Below are positions 61,544-64,000 of a stretch of DNA of 64,000 bases, piece after piece. Both the position numbers and the translations under genes were made by a program. Location of the stretch: the NCBI GenBank assembly GCA_964234715.1, contig OZ174278.1; one strand, given 5' to 3'. The DNA comes from Podarcis melisellensis (lineage: Eukaryota). Below the pieces are notes generated by a model, which saw only the letters and a program-made list of their open reading frames with translations, searched no databases and had not been told where the DNA came from. Position 1 is the first letter of the stretch. The number at the start of each line of letters is the position of its first letter.

Positions 61544-64000
61544 GAAAGGAAACAAAAGAAAACGAAATTTGATTTGGAAAAATTTAAAATATAATTTTAT
61601 CTTTGCATATAACTCTAAGAATTGTCATAAGAACTGCCATTGACTGCTTCAGGTAGGCAGACAGCCCAGGGAATGGGTGTCCCAGGAAAGCAGCACAGGT
61701 GGTGGGTGTCCTAGGCAAGCCACAAAGGAGCAGTCAGAAATCTGGGCAAGTTCCCCAGCAACCACACTGCCGCCGCGTGCCTCACAACACGGCCATTTTG
61801 GATGCAGCAGCATTGGAGACCAAGGAGGAGGAAAACAGAAGCAGAGCAGGATGGTTGCTGGGGAGCTGCCCTGTCCAGTGGTGTGTCAGAGGCATGGTTT
61901 GGCTGAGCTTTAAGGGGAGAGAGTGTGATCTGGCCTGGTGAGTGGGCAGGTCTTTGGGGCTGGCAGGTGGGTAGAGAGGAAGGAACTGGAAGCAGGTGGG
62001 TTGGAAAGGGGAAGGTCTAAGCTGCCCAATGCTAATCCTTTCAACCTCTGGCTTCCTTCTGTGGCTGTGCCTACATCAGTGGGAACGGGCTACATGAGAC
62101 CCTCCTCAAACTGAATATCAAGTTTTCTTCCAACAAAAGATTAATTGGATGCATTTTACAAAGAATCAAAGATTCTTATTTTTTTAATGGAATATATAGA
62201 ATATATAGAAACTCAAGTCATCTAAGTAATCTTCACCACATTTTTGTGTGTTTTCGCTCACTAGTTAACAGCTGACATTCTCCCCCCTGAACAGGTGCAA
62301 AAAGTCACAGACAATTTTTGCCGTTCTCAATACTTCCCTGTTCTTTGGTGACTGTGACTATCATATTGTTACTGTATCCAAGCATTCACTATCAATACCG
62401 ATTTAAGTCGAGATTAGTTAGAGAGTGCTCTTTTATTCATCAAGGTCATATCTTGATGGCTGTGCAAGCTTAGATAAATCGGGTATTAAGCAGGCACATC
62501 TCCAAGGAACCTAGAAATTCTCTCATCTGCAGACCTCAGCATATCTTGTTATTTATTGCCAGAGAAATGACTGATTAATTTTGTCATCTTTGCTCTGTGT
62601 TTTTTGCTCGGCTGAAGCTGCCTGCCCTCGTCTGCAATGCCTGATCAGACCTATTTAAGCTGATGCCTTTGATCGTAGACACAGAGGAGCTTGCTGACTT
62701 AGGCTTTGACTAAACATTCCTTTGCTGCAATATTTATGCACAACCCCCCTAAATGATAACTGACAGTCAATGTAGATAACGAAAAACTACTAAGATGTTT
62801 CCCACTATTATATGGATACTCAAAGCAGCATTCATGGTACTACATTTAGAGGCAAGATTTAACAAACAACAACCCCCACAAAAATGCGTTATGCGACTCA
62901 TTACTCTCTCTGTCATTTTCCACTAAGAAGATATCCGAGGCGAGTAAAGTACCTCCCTTTAAAACAAAAACAAAAAAACATTTTATTTGTCTAATGTGAT
63001 TTTCATTCTTAAAACTAAGAGTAATTTTGCTACTATACCAGACAGCTATAAAAATTATCAAAATAACACTGATGAAAAATCCCTAATGAAAGTTAAGCCC
63101 CATGGAAAAAAAAATCTGTGCTTCTAGCGCTTTATTAATCACATTCCAGCACCAGAGGCTGAAAATACATCAAACTGCACCAAATCCTTTTCACATGACA
63201 ACCTCATAAATTATTCAACTCATTAGTATCACCAAGAGGCATAAAAATAACATCAGTGTTAAGGATGTTTTCTTATAGTGTAAGGTCAACTAAAAGTTTT
63301 AATATTAAAATCCATAAGCACAAGCCTCAAAAAGTCCATCAAGGTAAAATCTATGGGATTTAATCTCACAGCAAGCTGTTTTAAATTCCTCTAGAAGGCT
63401 GTTGTTAATTTTGAAACTGAAAGCTTCAGAAACATTTATGTTAGTACCGCGTAAGTGGCGACTTCCTTCTGTTGTGATCTGAAATATAACCAATAGTGAC
63501 ACAGCCAACATTTCTCCACATATGTGTCAGTTTTATTCCTTCTTTATCTGAATACAATATTGGGAAAACAATATGAGGTTCTCTTAATTTTACTCGACAA
63601 GGGCCTATTTTTTTGGGGGGGGGGGTAGTTTGCTATACCTCTTAATCCCATTTCCTTGTATACTCGTTTGCTGGGTGCTTGGCCCTAAACACGCTTGGCT
63701 GAAAATCTTGCTGCCCCTGCTTCACACGCACCCCTCAGTTTTAGACTGCTTGCTTCTAGGTACAGGATTCAATCTGACACTACAGCTATGTCAATGTATA
63801 TCTTATACAGCTCCACAGTTGTGATCAATAGTCTACACCCTGTACAGATCAGGACCTAATTTTAGCCCAAATACATTACTGCTTCTTTTCATTCCTCCCT
63901 GCTTCTTTCACCCTCTTATTTGGTTTTGTCTCATTATGCCCACTATCTTTCCACTTTACTGTCTTTACTCTTCTCTATAAAACACAAATAAAATAAAATG

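Overview
Vertebrate genomic DNA from a squamate reptile. A Sauria SINE, BovB LINE and CR1-tailed tRNA SINEs suggest a lizard, probably lacertid. The whole window lies inside neurobeachin (NBEA, minus strand). Two NBEA coding exons are visible (51267-51124 and 32725-32589); they splice in frame and run into the PH-like domain. The intronless gene MAB21L1 (+ strand, CDS 29048-30127, 359 aa) is nested antisense in the following intron. It sits in a broad CpG-island cluster (~25.9-41.3 kb), and candidate enhancers are scattered through the window. The rest is AT-rich intron with LINE fragments (CR1, L2, BovB, an RTE derivative), SINEs, Tc1/mariner and hAT MITEs, microsatellites and four assembly gaps. 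I see no clearly new multi-gene system; the NBEA/MAB21L1 nesting is known. The best leads are: (1) a possible UUG-initiated N-terminal extension of MAB21L1; (2) a two-way TATA element with a minus-strand splice donor that could start a short NBEA isoform; (3) a retroposed 5' half of tRNA-Arg(TCT) flanked by a 17-bp target-site duplication; (4) motif-dense enhancer candidates.
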